A DNA stretch of 64,000 nucleotides from the human T2T-CHM13v2.0 reference genome, Homo sapiens (GCF_009914755.1 NC_060925.1), one strand, 5' to 3'; shown: positions 30,908 to 46,275, counted from the first letter of the stretch. Program-made: numbers and translations. The notes: generated by a model from the letters alone, not told the origin.

Positions 30908-31767
30908 TAGATGGATTTTTTTTTTTAATCTATCTTCCAGTAGAATGTAAGCCTCATAGCCGTAGGGACTTTTTCCTTTTAACTACTATGATCTCCCTAG
31001 CACCTAGCACATGAGGCACTCAGTAAATATGTATTGAATTTGTTGATAAATTTTTAGTCTGTTAGGCAAGAAAAGAACTTGGCTATTTGCATCTTTACTC
31101 TGATCCCTCTTTAGTTTTTAATTATATCATTTTATCAGTTGTGTTTAAGGCATTACCTGATCATCCTGTATACAATTTCAAATTGTTCCCTTACTCCCTC
31201 TTACTTTTCCCTGCTTTACTTTTCTTCATAGCACCTATCTTCCAACATAGCACATAATTTTCTTAAGCATTCCCCAATTAGAATATAAACTACATGAAGA
31301 GTTTACAGTATTTTTGTATATTTGGGTTATTGTTTTATCCGCAGTATCTACGGTAGGGCCACTCATATACTATGTATTTCAGTATTAAATGTTTGCTGAA
31401 TAAAGGATTGAATCATTTCATTTCAAAGGAGACAGCTAAAAAACCCCAGCAATTTTATAAGATCTTTTATATAATAAGAGTAGGAGGGGGAAAGAGAAGA
31501 GAATAATAGACCTACTTTATTTCCTGGTTGGGGCTTAGAGCTTGATCTCAGAATTCACTTAGTTTTAGGAGGTGTCTGATAATGAGTCAAAGAATTGATA
31601 AAGCAAGAAGAAGGGACCCAAGGCAAAATGTGAAAGCTGAGGATGTCAGGGCTGCGGATTTGTTTTCAGTAGAGAGTCAAAGGTCCAGATGCCCACATAA
31701 AGGAGAAAAGCAGAAACAGTACCAACTAATTGTTGTTAGAAGTTACACAAAGTTGGTAACCTAGAAA

Positions 31768-31952
31768 AGTGGTTCTCAAACCTGAGTGTACATCAGAATC
31801 ACCTGGAAGGCCTCTTAAAACATGGGATGCTGGGCTCTGTTGAGTTTCTGATAAATAGGTCTAGAGTGGGGCCTAAGAATTTGCGTTTTTAACAAGTTCC
31901 CAGGTGATGCTGATGCTGCTGGTCTGGGGGAATCACACTTTGATAACCACTG
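31768..31952. mobile_element. MER5A, near full length
   Basis: AGTGGTTCTCAAAC...ACACTTTGATAACCACTG inverted termini and typical core. Confidence 0.85.
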
Positions 31953-32181
31953 ACATCTGTGACCCAGTAAAACACTTATGGAGACAATTAGGGATTAAGA
32001 AATTAACTATACTGGCAGAGAACCTAGCATAAAGTCAGGTGGGCAAGTCTTTGCTTAACTGCTGTATTTATGTAGTTCAGTCTCTTCAAATAGGTATACT
32101 GGAAGACCAGAACCGTGGTCTTTACATTTTTAAGTGCTTCCTATGTCCTGATACAATGCAATCTAAATATTAGGCACTGGG

Positions 32182-32183
<2 letters not shown>

Positions 32184-32225
<42 letters not shown>
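32184..32225. repeat. (AC)~21 microsatellite
   Basis: Uninterrupted CA run. Confidence 0.97.
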
Positions 32226-32227
<2 letters not shown>

Positions 32228-33307
32228 AGGAACACACAAAGTGAATTTCACTTCTACTATTTAATATAAGCATTTTTCCAGTTTCAAAAATTTAATCTTT
32301 GAAATATGCTTGCCAATTTCTTTTGCTACAGTAGAGGGAGCTACAACCCAAATTTTACTAATGTAGCAATACACAATAAGGCTATTCTTCTCCATCCTTG
32401 TTCATTAGTCTTTTTAAAAAAACTTTTAAAATCAGCTTTATTGAAATATGTTAAGTGTACAGTTTATTGCATTTTGGCAAATGTTTAAGCCTGGGTAAAC
32501 ATCAGCCTTACTTGATGCATGGAATATTTCCATTCTAATTTGGCAGTCAGTTCTACCCACCCCCAAACTCTAATCTGCTTTCTGTCACTATAGGTTGCTG
32601 CTTGTGAAATTTCATATAATTTGAATCATGCAGTATTAGGGAGGAGGTAAAGGATAATCATTGTTTAAGGGGTATAGAGTTTGAGTTTTACAAGGTAAAC
32701 AATGTGAATATACTCAACACTACTGAACTGTACACTTTAAAATGGTTAAGGTGGTAAATTTTATGTTACGTGGCTTTCACCACAATAACGTTTATGTTTG
32801 GTTTTTTTTACATAATATTTTTTAGGTTAATCCATGTTGCATTTATCAATAGTTCATTCCTTTCTATTGATGAGTATTATGCTCTTGTTTGGATATACCA
32901 CATTTTATTTGTCCATTCACTTTTTGATGGTCCGTTAATCATGTGTTTTTGAAAGGAATCAGAAAAAAAGAATTGTTTACCATTTGGCTACACTTAATCT
33001 TGCTCTTAATTTTTTCTTTCTAGTAATTTTCAAATTCATCCCTTAAAAGTAATTTCATCTAATTTACTATTATTAAATAAATATTATAAAATAATTTGCT
33101 ATTTATTAAATAAAAATTCTAAATGTTTTTAATCTGGTGCTTCTAAAAGCAGAAATGTAGGAGCTAAAATTTGTGGCAACAGTTTTTCTCTCAAAACTCA
33201 GGTAAATATTGTTGCCTGCAGTTTATTGCCCTAAGTTTGTCTGGCTTTTTAAAAAATTTCATTGTCTTCTAGTTCTTCCTTTGCAAACAATTTTACTAAG
33301 CAAGTTA

Positions 33308-33864
<557 letters not shown>

Positions 33865-34555
33865 CTAGTAAATTATCCAGAATAGGTATTGGTACTGATG
33901 TTATTGTCGTATCCTCTCATAGTTTTAATTCTCTTTTTTACTGCTGTTGTTATCTTCATTTGCTTATGAAGTTATTCTCAGTATAAGCAAATGAATGCAC
34001 AGTTAGCTAGCTATCAGACTATTAAAGCAAATTCCCTGAGCAAGGTTTTGAAGTAAGTTCAGAGACAACTCTGTTAGTGTCTTTGTCCATAAAACATCAA
34101 TAGTAGTATGACTTTTAAATTTCTGAGCACAAGTGACTAAGTAATATATTTTGGAGAGAGAGAATCAGTGGGATCATTGTGGGTGAGGATTCTCAGATGA
34201 GGGGAAAAAACGGTTAGAGAAGACTGAAAAACAAAGCCACTATTTCCTTTGTTTATCTTTTATCTTGTCTGCAACTGGATCTTGAAGTTAGCCTCCTACC
34301 ATGAGAGAACTGTTTTTCCAGCTGGATGAAAAGAGTAGCATCAAGTCCCCTATTCTGCTGTTTTCTGCTCACTTACTCCTGGAGACAAGCTAAGTCAAAT
34401 CAATATGTACTTATAAGTACCTGCTTTCTCAGAGTTGTATTTGAGAATTAAAGTATATGAAACGTATACTCTACCCATAAATAGCTTGGAGTCTGGTTTA
34501 GAAATCTCTTACCTTTAGGCATGGACAAATTTAATAAAAGTACAAAGTATATATG

Positions 34556-34840
34556 CAGTTGGCCCTCCATGTCAATGGGTTCATGGATTCAACCAAACAT
34601 GGATTGAAGATATAGTTTTTTAAAAATTACATCTGTTTTGAGCATGTATATACCTTTTTCTTGTCATTATTCCCTAGGCAATGTAACAACTATTTACATA
34701 GATTTAAAGTATGTGGGAGCATATGCATTGGTTATATGAATATACTATACCATTTTATATCAAGGATTTGAGCATTCAAGGATTTTTGTATCTGCGAGAG
34801 GTCCTGGAACCAATCCCCCATAGATACTGAGGGACAACTG
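34556..34840. mobile_element. MER2 (TcMar-Tigger)
   Basis: TIRs CAGTTGGCCCTC...GAGGGACAACTG followed by TA; GGATTCAACCAA and GGTCCTGGAACCAATCCCC motifs. Confidence 0.8.
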
Positions 34841-35107
34841 TATTCAGTGCTAAATAGAAAATAAATGTTTTAGAAATTCAGAGAAGGGAATTTTGGTGCA
34901 GGCCAGAGTAGTCATGAAGAAAGACTAAAATGATGCTGAATTAGTAAGATGTTAATAGGTGGGGTAAAACAGAAAGTAGCTTTGTGAAAAGAAGGATTCA
35001 GCCTGAAAAAATACCTTTAAAAAAACACTAAAGAAACTAGACCGACTAAAGTACATTCACTAGGAGAAGTAGTAGGAAATAAGAGCTCTAGAATCAAAAT
35101 CAGGGAA

Positions 35108-35386
35108 GCAGCATGGATGACCCTTGAGGACATTATGCTAAGTGAAATAAGTCAGCCATAAAAAGACAAATATGGGGTGATTCCACTTCTATGAGGTCTC
35201 TAAAGTAGTCACATTTATGGAAACAAAGTAGAATGTTGGTTACCAGGGACCTGGGGAGGGGAATGGAAATGAGTTTTAGTTTTGCAAAGAACAGTGTGAA
35301 TATACTTAATACTACTGAACTATACGCTGAAAAATGGTGAAGATGGTAAACTTTATGTCATGTGTTTATTACCACAATAAAAAAAA
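35108..35386 (+). mobile_element. L1MB 3'-end fragment
   Basis: CATGGATGACCCTTGAGGACATTATGCTAAGTGAAATAAGTCAG...ACCACAATAAAAAAA. Confidence 0.8.
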
Positions 35387-35984
35387 TATAAGGAAAGCAA
35401 TGGCATGCTAAAAAGGGAATTATAAGATAAAATGCAAAGCACTCATACTTTAACTCCAACCTCCTCTCCTCTAACCCCTTCAATCCAACTTTTCCCTTCT
35501 TTAAAATTATCTTTTTCCTATCCCACTGCTTCCCTCCATTATTCCTAAAATATTAATATTAATTGCAAAATCACATTTGAAATAGTATCTTGATATATAA
35601 TTTATTTGGATTCTTGCAGTAATTTAAAATAACAGATTATATTCCAGGTAAACAAATATGGCTAAGATGAAACTAGAACCCCAAAGGAAGAAAAGTAACT
35701 GGTTATTTTAAATTGCTACTACAAATGCAGTTGGATTGAAGAAAATATAGATGTATTTAATGTCCATTTTCACAAAATTCTAGGAAGTCATGGTATGAAG
35801 ACAGAAAGGAACTAGTCATCATGAAGAATCAGAAAGGATTTCTAAGAACAAGTTCTTGCTGGACCATCTAATGTTCTTTTTGGATTGGATTAATAATAGA
35901 CTTGAGAGTAGGGGATTCCATGAACATAATTACATGGCATTCAGCAAATTGTTTGACACAGTCTCTCACAATGGATGAGTGGAA

Positions 35985-37398
35985 CTTCTGCTTACTCTAA
36001 AGATGGAACCAGATTTACCCTTCTGCCTGAAATAAATGACAAAATATATGTGAAATAATGGTTTTGAAACACCAGACAGGAGGCAATGAAGGACAGTAAT
36101 CTCTGAGAAACAGGAAACAAATGAAGTAAGCCCTGTAATTGCCCCAGCTGTCTTGATAGAGTTTCCAGGACATGATACAAGGAGGGGACTTGAGACAAAG
36201 CCCAGCGTGCTCCCTGAGGAGATGAAGCTGTGAGTGTGGGGAAACTAAGGTAGCTAGAATTCACAGGACAGTACCAGAGAGAAGAGAGCTGCAGAGAGAA
36301 ATAACCAAGGGAATGCACTGGAGTGTTCAGCAGAGTGCTGATCATCACATGCATGTGAAGAACCTACCTGAGGTGAGGGAAAGAATCATCCTAGAGGATT
36401 AAAGGCAGCAGTTTCTGGCACTCACACAGGGCCACATAGGGTTGCAGGAACAGTGCCTGTTACCAGCAACCAGACTGTAAAAATTCATATTCAAGTGGCA
36501 CTGGGTAGAGTGAGTACTCAGGAAGGTCCTGCCTCAATAGTGGGGAATAACCTGCTGCTTTGGACCTATGTAGCAAATAATGAAAGCAAGACCTGAAAGG
36601 ATCAGACTGTTTCTAAGTGATCTAACTACATCCCTGAACAAAACTCAAGGTTTATATAAAGGAATATAAAAATAACTACCACCCAACAAAGTAAAATCTG
36701 TAATGTCTAGCATCTTAGTCAAAGATTACCATGCATGCCAAGAGGCAGTACAATGTGATCAATAATTATGAAAATAAAACCAACTTAGAACTGATAAAGA
36801 TGTTAGAATTAGTAGACAATGACAGTTAAAATATTTATGATAACTATGTTCCCTCTATTCAAAAAGTTGAGACCTAGAAGATATAAAAACCCAAATCAAA
36901 TTTCTCTAAACAAAAACTGTAATGTTTCAGTTGAAAAATATACCAGATGAGATTATTAGCATGTTAGACATTGCAGAAGTAAAAATTAGTGAACTTGAAG
37001 ACTTAGCAATGAAACTATCCAAAATGAAACAAGAGCAAAAAATAAGAATCTTATAAAAATAGAAAGTTGTCAGTGATGAGCTATGAGACAACTTACAGTG
37101 GCTTAAAATACATGAACTTAGAATCTCCAAAGAAGAGAACACAAGAAGGTGGACCCCCAAAAAAACACTTTTTTTGAAGAAATAATGGCAAAAAACTTTC
37201 CAAACTTGATGTAAACTATTTACCCACAGGTCCAAGAAGCTAAACAAACTCCAAGCACAAGAAACATGAATGAAGAAAACTTTACCAAGACACCTTATAA
37301 TCAGATTGCTCAAAACCAGGGGTAAAGAAAAAAATCTTTAAAGCAACAGAGGAGAAAGAAAAATTAGGTAAACAGGAACAAATATAAAAATGGCAGCA
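35985..37398 (+). mobile_element. Old L1M (MC-like) 5' region and ORF1 remnant; resumes at ~41627-42005
   Basis: ORF1-like AAAATTAGTGAACTTGAAGAC...TGGCAAAAAACTTTCCAAACTTGATG; GAATGACAGCAGAG...CATCAGAAC and ORF2-like sequence after 41627. Confidence 0.7.
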
Positions 37399-37994
37399 AG
37401 AATCAACCATGGAATTTTAAACCATCTGATATAGGAAATGGAAAGACTTAAAGTAATTTTACAGAGGATCTTTATATCATGACAGTTCATGAATTTCATA
37501 AAAATAAAAATATTTGCCACTGAAGATTGATCCAAATTCTGAAAAAGCAAGAGTTTACTATAAAACAAAGACAAAAACCTATTATAAAGAAGCTCGTCTG
37601 ATTACCCAGTGAAAATGCATAATTTAAAAGAACTCAAAAAGTACCAACATGAACTATCTAAGAATAAAAGAAAACTTGTTATTTAGCAGCGCATATACTT
37701 TGGCAATGAATACTGGAGAAAAGATAAAACTATTTTTACTTTTCACATTATTCTTGGAAAATCACTGTTCAAATCCCTTTTATAAGTACATATTTACTAA
37801 TAAAAACATGGTAACAGAAAGGGATGTAGTATATTTTAAATGGTGTATGTTTTCTTTTATGATGAAATGTTATGGATGGCCCACATCTTTTATGAGGTGA
37901 AACCATTTTGTAAAAATATTAGCGAAAGAAAGTAAAATTGATTTAAAAAAACAGTAAAGAAGAAAAAGTTTTTAAAAAGAATGATAGTTGCTTT

Positions 37995-40900
37995 AAACTT
38001 TAAAACAACAGCAATTAAAAGAGACAGAGGGACATTATATAATGATAAAAGGTCTTGTCCAACAGGAAAATATCACAGTCCTAAACATATATGCACCTAA
38101 CACTGGAGCTCCCAAATTTATAAAACAATTACTGATAGACCTAAGAAATCAGATAGACAGCAACACAACAATAATGGAGGACTTCAGTACTCCACTGACA
38201 GCACTAGACAGGTCAACAAGACAGAAAGTCAACAAAGAAACAATGGATTTAAACTATACCCTGGAACAAATGGACTTAACAGATATATACAGAACATTCC
38301 ATCCAATAACCGCAGAATACACATTCTATTCAAGAGTGCATGGAACTTTCTCCAAGATAGACCATATGATAAGCCATAAAACAAGCCTTAATAAATTTAA
38401 GAATATTGAAATTCTGTCAAGCCCTCTCTCAGACCACAGTGGAATAAAACTGGAAAGCAACTCCAAAAGGAGCCTTCAAAACCATGCAAATACATAGAAA
38501 TTAAATAACCTGTTCCTGAATGAGCATTGAGTCAAAAACGAAATCAAGATGAAAATTTAAAAATTCTTTGAATTGAACAGCAGTAGTGACACAACCTATC
38601 AAAACCTCTGGGATACAGCAAAGGCAGTGCTAAGAGGAAAGTTCACAGCCCTAAATGCCTACGTCAGAAAGACCGAAAGAGCACTAACTGACATTCTAAG
38701 ATCACACCTCAAAGAACTAGAGAAACAAGAACAAACCATACTCAAACCTAGCAGAAGAAAGGAAATAACCAAGATCAGAGCAGAACTAAATGAAATTGAA
38801 ACAAAAAAAATACAAAAGATGAATGAAACAAAAAGCTGGTTCTTTGAAAAGATAAAATTGATAGACCATTAGCAAGATTAACCAAGAAAAGAAAGAAAAT
38901 TCAATTAACCTCATTAAGAAACAAAACAGGAGATATTACAGCTGACACCACTGAAATACAAAAGATCATTCAAGGCTACTGTGAACACCTTTACACACAT
39001 AAACTAGAAAACCTAGAAGAGATGGATAAATTCATGGAAAAATACAGCCCTCCTAGCTTAAATCAGGGAGAAATAGATACCCTGAACAGACCAATAGAGA
39101 AGCAGCGAAATTGAAATGGTAATTTAACAATTACCAACAAAAAAAAGCCCAGGAACAGACGGATTCACAGCAGAATTCTATCAGACATTCTAAGAAGAAT
39201 TGGTACCAATCCTTTTGACACTATTCCGCAAGACAGAGAAAGAAGTAACCCTCCCTAATTCATTCTATGAAGCCAGCATCGCCCTAATACCAAAACCAGG
39301 AAAGGACATACCCAAAAAAGAAAACTACAGACTGATATTCTTGATGAACCAGATGCCAAAATCCTTTACAAAATACTAGCTAACCGAATCCAACAACATA
39401 TCAAAAAGATAATCCATCATAATCAAGTGGGTTTCATACAAGGGATGCAGGGATGGTTTAACATATGCAAGTCAATAAATGTGATATCCCACATAAACAG
39501 AACTAAAAATCACATGATCATCTCAATAGATTCAGAAAAAGCATTTGGCAAAATCCAGCATCCGTTTTATGATTAAAACTCTCAGCAAAATCGGCATACA
39601 AGGGACATACCTCAATGTAATAAAACCAACTGTGACAAACCCACAGCAAACATAATAGTGAATGGGGAACAGTTGAAAGCATTCCCTCTGAGAACTGGAA
39701 CAAGACAAGGATGCCCACTCTCACCACTCCTCTTCAACTAGCACTGGAAGTCCTAGCCAGAGCAATCAGGCAAAAGAAAGAAAGGGCATCCAAATTAGTA
39801 AAGAGGAAGTCAAACTGTCAGTGTTTGCTGATGATATGATCATTTACCTTGAAAACCCTCAAGACTCCTCTAGAGAGCTCCTAGAACTGATAAAATAATT
39901 CAGCAAAGTTTCCAGATACAAAATTAATGTACACAAATCAATAGCTCTTCTATACAACAACAGCAACCAAGTGGAGAATCAAATCAAGAACTCAGCCGCT
40001 TTTACAATAACTGCAAAAAATAAAAATAAAACACTTAGGAATATACCTAACCAAGGAGGCAAAAGACCTTTACAAGGAAGACTACAAAACATGCTGAGAG
40101 AAGTCATAGATGACACAAACAGATGGAAACATCCCATGCTCATGAATGGGTAGAATGAATATTGTGAAAATGACCATACTGCCAAAAGCAATCTACAAAT
40201 TCAATGCATTTCCTGTCAAAATACCACCATCATTCTTCACCGAACTAGAAAAAACATCCTAAAATTCATATGGAACAAAAAAAGAGCCTACATAGCCAAG
40301 GCAAGACTAAGCAAAAAGAACAAATCTGGAGGCATCACACTTCCTGATTTCAGACTATACCTCAGGCCATAGTCACCAAAACAGCATGATACTTGTATAA
40401 AAATAGGCACACAGACCAATGGAACAGAACAGAGAACCCAGAAATAAAGCCAAATAGTTACAGCCAACTGATCTTCGACAAAGCAAACAAACAAAGTGGG
40501 GTAAAGACACCCTTTTCAACAAACGGTGCTGTGATAATTGGCTAGCCACATGTAGAAGAATGAAACTGGATCCTCATCTTTCATCTTACACGAAAATCAA
40601 CACAAGATGGATTAAGGACTTTCAGACCTGAAACTATAAAAATTCTAGAAGATAACATTGGAAAAACCCTTCTAGACATTGGCTTAGGCAAGGATTTCAT
40701 GACCAAGAACCCAAAAGCAAATGCAACAAAAACAAAGATAAATAGCTGGGACTTAATTAAACCAAAGAGCTTTTGCATGGCAAAAGGAAGAGTCAGCAGA
40801 GTGAACAGACAACCCACAGAGTGGGAGAAGAAGATGTAAAAGTGGTCCACAAACATGAGAAAATGCTCAACATCACTAATGATCAGGGAAATGTAAATCA

Positions 40901-41625
40901 AAACCACATTGCGACACCACCTTACACCTGCAAGAATGGCCATAATCAAAAAATCAAAAAACACTATATGTGGGCGTGGATGCAGTGATCAGGGAACACT
41001 TCTGCACTGCTAGTGGGAACGTAAACTTACACAACCACTATGGAAAACAGTGTGGAGATTCCTTAAATCACTAAAAGTAGAACTACCATTTGATCCAGCA
41101 ATCCCACTAGTGGGTATCTACCCACAGGAAAATAAGTCATTATACAAAAACGATTCGTGCACATGCATGTTTATAGCAGCACAGTTCACCATTGCAACCC
41201 AAATGCGTGGAACCAACCCAAATGCCCATTAATCAATGAGTGGATAAAGAAACTGTGGTATATTTATACGATGGACTACTACTCAGCTATAAAAAGGAAC
41301 CAATTAACAGCATTTGCAGTGACCTGGATGAGATTGGAAACTATTATTCTAGGTGAAGTAAATCAGGAATGGAAAAACCAAGCATCGTATGTTCTCACTG
41401 ATATGTGGGAGCTAAGCTATGAGGACACAAAGGTGTGAGAATGATACAGTGGACTTTGGGGAGTTTGGGGGAAGAGTGGGAGGGTGACGAGGGATAAAAC
41501 ACTACAAATATGAGGCAGTATGTACTGCTTAGGTTATGGGTGCACCAAAATCTCTCAAATCACTGCTAAAGAACTTACTCATGTAACCAAATACCACCTG
41601 TACCCCAGTAACTTATGGAAAAAAA
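37995..41625 (+). mobile_element. 5'-truncated L1PB1-like element (ORF2 EN/RT remnants and 3'UTR), sense to MAN1A2
   Basis: ORF 38042-38497 is L1 endonuclease (NIYAPNTGAP, SKIDH, SDHSGIKLE); RT remnants; L1PB-type 3' end GGGTGCACCAAAATCTC...CTTATGGAAAAAAA; internal deletion near 40830. Confidence 0.93.
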
Positions 41626-42231
41626 TGAATGACAGCAGAGTCCTCATCAGAACCAATATTCCTCCTGAACATAGATAGAACTAAACAAGATTTTGACAAA
41701 TCAACTCTAACAACAAATTACATAGATAATATGTTATGACTAAATGGGTTTATCCCAGGTGTGGAGGGTTGATTTAATGTTTGAAAATCAATGAACTAAA
41801 ATAGACCACCTCAGTAGACAGAAAAATTATTTGGCAAAATCCAACACCCATTTCTGATAAAAACTCTCAGCAAACTGGGAATAGAAGGAAACTTCTTACC
41901 CTGATAAGGGCATATATGAAAAACCTACAGCTAACATCATATTGAAAAACTGAATGTGTTGCTCTTAAGATTAGGAACAAGACAAAGGTGTCTGCTCTCT
42001 TCACCACACCTGGCCGGATTTTTTTTTAAACTGTTTTATTTCAGTAGGTCTAGTTGTTCATCTTACTGGATTTCTTATACACTATTCTGAAACCTCTTGT
42101 CTTTGTGTTTAGATCATTTGGGTGTCTGAGGTTTATTTCTTTGATGTTTTTCATCAAAGCTGCTCAAAATACGTTATTGGTTTTCTGTGCCATTAAAAGT
42201 GAGCTCACTTCATGTTCTTGTTGAATTCTAA

Positions 42232-42396
<165 letters not shown>

Positions 42397-45300
42397 AAGC
42401 AGTTCCAGAAGGACCATTCTCACCTGTGTTTTGTTTACATGGACCACTACAGAAATTAGTTTGAAGGGGCGGCTTTTGAAAACCTGGACCTCTATGTCAA
42501 CATGACAGGGTGAAACTATTCCCCCTAAGACTGTTCAACTTGTAGATACATCAACTTTGAAATTATTCCATTTTATACCTGACCAAAACATGTTCTGATA
42601 TGTGTAGGACAGAGACCTGGATGTGCTTTGATCGTTAATGAGGTGGTCACATGAGAAATGATACCTGTTACTACTGTATTGTTTTTAGAGTCCTGAAGTC
42701 TGGAGGCTAGACTTCCTGAAAGCAAGTCAAGAATAAAGAGCACCTTGCAGGAGTTCAAGATGGCCTTTGGAACCAATTATGTATTTGTTTCCTCCTACAG
42801 TGGAGCAGCATTCAAATCAAATATTTACATATTGCTTATCACTTTTTCTCCATTTTAATAATGGAATGAACTAAAATAAACAAGAACAAAAGAATAGTAT
42901 AATTATATCAGTAACAAGAAGACTCAAAAAAGAAACAGGAGTACCTATCCCTATCTGAATTTTCAAGTTCCCCATTGGATGACCAGACTGGCAACCATTT
43001 CAAATCCCAGTCTATTTCATTGAAATTTCTTGGTTAAGTTTAATTTTCTCTGGGGGCATGATCTCACAAAGAATACTCAAGTCTTTTTCTTCTTATGGAA
43101 TCATCGAAACTGCTATTTATCATAATCACCACTTATGAGCCTGGGTTTGGGATTTTGTGCATGTAGTTCAGTCTAGTGTTGGTAGCATGACAGAAAGTGG
43201 GGAAAATGCCGCAGTTTGTTGCCTTGAAACCTAAGAGCAATCCTTGGTTTTGTTGCTACATTATTTTTCCAGACCGACACATCTACCAAGTAAATTTTAT
43301 TCACTTTAATTTCATAATAAAGTTAGTAGAGTCACTCAACTTACAACTTTATTTATGTGGCTTGGCAAAAATCACTATAAGGCAGCTCTAAATTTGCCTT
43401 GATAAGCTAAATAAATTACTTTTATAACTTACTAAAGCAGAACAAACAGTGAAACTTTCTAAAATATTCTATCTGGAATAGGGACAGGGGATCTTTTATT
43501 TATAATCTCATCAGATGAGTGAGTTGTTCACAGATATTTTATGTTTTTTTAATTTTCTCCAAGAATATTTATAGAATTCCAAAGAATCAGAATAGTTTCA
43601 AAATAATTTTCAGTGATAAAAGAGTGTTGTAATTAATCATATTACACTAAAATTGGGATACATCTAAGGAACTTTATCTTACTATCAGTAGGTTTTGCAT
43701 TGATATTTCTTTTTAAATAAACTACTAGTTCTTTATATTTTGACAAAAAGAACTTAAATTTTATCAGGAACTGTAAGATAAATATCTAGTGCTTATAAAT
43801 TTTCTGTCCTTAAATTTATGTGACAGTGCAAGATACTTTTGCTCTTTTCATTTAATATAGGCATCTTCCATTGACATTAATAAAACTTAGAAACAGTATA
43901 ATTAGTATAACATTTACTCTGAATTTGAAGATTTCCTGAAACAAAGTTTGTACAAGAAGCCCACCTTGGAATTCTGAAGGCTTATTTTCTTGTTTGATAA
44001 GCTTTTCTTTTAAACTTAGGTTTTAAGTTGGGGAAAGACTTAATTAACTAATATAGTATTTTCTAAGGTTGATCATCTTATACCACGAATCGTTAATTTT
44101 GACAGTTCTACTGATCCGTAAATGATAACCACTGCAAATTTTTTCAGTATAAAATTTTTCACTGCAAAAAAATTTCAGTAGAAAATAAGGATGCAGGGCC
44201 AGTTACAATAGTCCTTAAGAGAGTTAAATTATAGCACATGTTTTGACATTGTAATATCTTTTACTACTTGAACATTTAAATTTCTAAATGAGAAAGGTAT
44301 ATATATTACTGTAACTGTAGAAGGGAAAAGGGAAAGTATTTGGTTCTAAAAAATGTTAGCCTTCCTCGTAAAAGTAGCACAAGCCCACTTATGAATCACT
44401 GAGAAAAAGTGAAAAACTTGAGTTGGCAAAGATGCAGAGCAGCAGTGCAGATGGCAATGAACTCTCTGAATTCTCTTTTACCTTATTTAGAAGAATGCAG
44501 AGTAAAGGGACCTTCTTGGTTCTGCAGGAACTTCTCAAGGGATGAGGAGACAGAACCCCTACTTCCAAGTGCTCTATTTGTATTACCCAGATGACTGAAG
44601 CTTAAGAGAAGGCAGGGAAGTATACAAGCAGAGCCAGTTCTGGTACAAACAAAGAATTTGACAGGGACAATGGAAGGGTCTTCTTCACCACTCCTTACCT
44701 TCTATGTGATGGAAAGACTAGAGCTTATAAAAGTACTTCCATTTTTTTATTCTCCTGAATACCAAAGGCAATTAAAGTCAGCTACAAATGACTTGCCAGT
44801 GTCATGTTTTATTTTTGTTATAGATTTTTAAATTATTTCCTTCAAGATCAATTCTTATCCCATATAATGCTTAGCTTCCAAGAATATTCTTTACTTTCTT
44901 CTGTCTTTTACAGCTCTTTGCATTTTGTAGACCTTAATACTCAGGTTAAATATTCATTGCATTTATAAGATCTTCTGCAAAAAGCCCAGAAATGGTCCTT
45001 TTCAGGTGCCTCTTCAAAGAGCTGACACCTTACCTTGTGCCTTTGGCACAAATGTGCAGAATAGATACATCAGTTGGTGCATAATCGAAAAAAATAGGAA
45101 TTTTGAACACTGTTCTTCCTTCTACATTTATTTCTCTTCATTTTAGAATCACACTTTTTATGTTAAACCAGATTATTATTATTATTATTATTCAACCAGT
45201 ATTAAGTTGTTAAAACCAAGGGAATGGGGCCCTAACCAAAAAGAAGTCTCAACTCAGAAAAATAAGTCCCCAGTCAGGTGGTTCTTACTTTCTTGTGGGT

Positions 45301-46275
45301 TGCACATTTTGTATCTCTCTAACATCAGCATATTCCTGACTTTAAGCAGGTGTTTATATGTAAAATAAAACCTGGGTATCGAAGGGAAATGCATTCTTTT
45401 TATGGAGTATTGACCCTGATCCTCTATGATGTCATATAGAGCAACTCAGGGCTATACTTGCTAGATTTTAACCAAGCAGTTTGAAATATTAATCATCATC
45501 CTCTCATCTTCTCCACTCTCCATTGCCAAAGTCTTTGTCAAAACTCCAAATTTGTTGATAAAAGATTGTGTTTGCCATTCTCATTTATAATGCAGTTTCT
45601 CCTTAAGCCTGGAGTTTTTTGAATGAGTGCATGAGTAAATGAGAGAATGTGTGAACGAACATTTATGAAGTATCTAACATGTGCCAAGCATTGTGCCTGG
45701 CACTTTCAATCATTAGAATGTTTTATGTGATTCCACAGCATTTTCTGTATAAGAGTAGCTCACAACATTTTAAATGTTTCCAATATGAATCGTGTTACAA
45801 AATTCTTAATTTTATATTTCATATAAATTAAAGAGGAAAAAGAAAAGGTTTATAATATATTTTAAAACAATGTGTTACTATATAATACAACTATAATTGT
45901 AGTCAATAACTAAAACCTCTTGAAAATGTCAAAGAAATACTTGATTTCTGATGCAACTTTGACTAAAATATTTACTTTAGAAATAAAAACGTTCTTATTT
46001 TGCTATATCACTTTAATTGCATAATTAAAAAGCAGTGTTTTATAGAAATGCTGGTTATTTTATATTCAAAAAGATTTTGTCACATAATTCATGGGTAAAA
46101 CTTGCAGTTGTAAATTGTGTCTGCTCTGGTATGGGCCCTATTAATAGTCCCATGCTGTTAAATATAAAGAAAAATATACTAAAATATTCAAAGTTCCAAA
46201 TAACAGTTCCTAGTAATAGTATTTTGAGTTATTTTTCTTTAGGTTTCCTTATACTCAAATTGGCTAGGTCCTATC

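Noticed and set aside
38042-38872. 151-aa and 99-aa ORFs resembling an endonuclease gene
   Set aside because: L1 ORF2 remnants with stops and frameshifts in a 5'-truncated element
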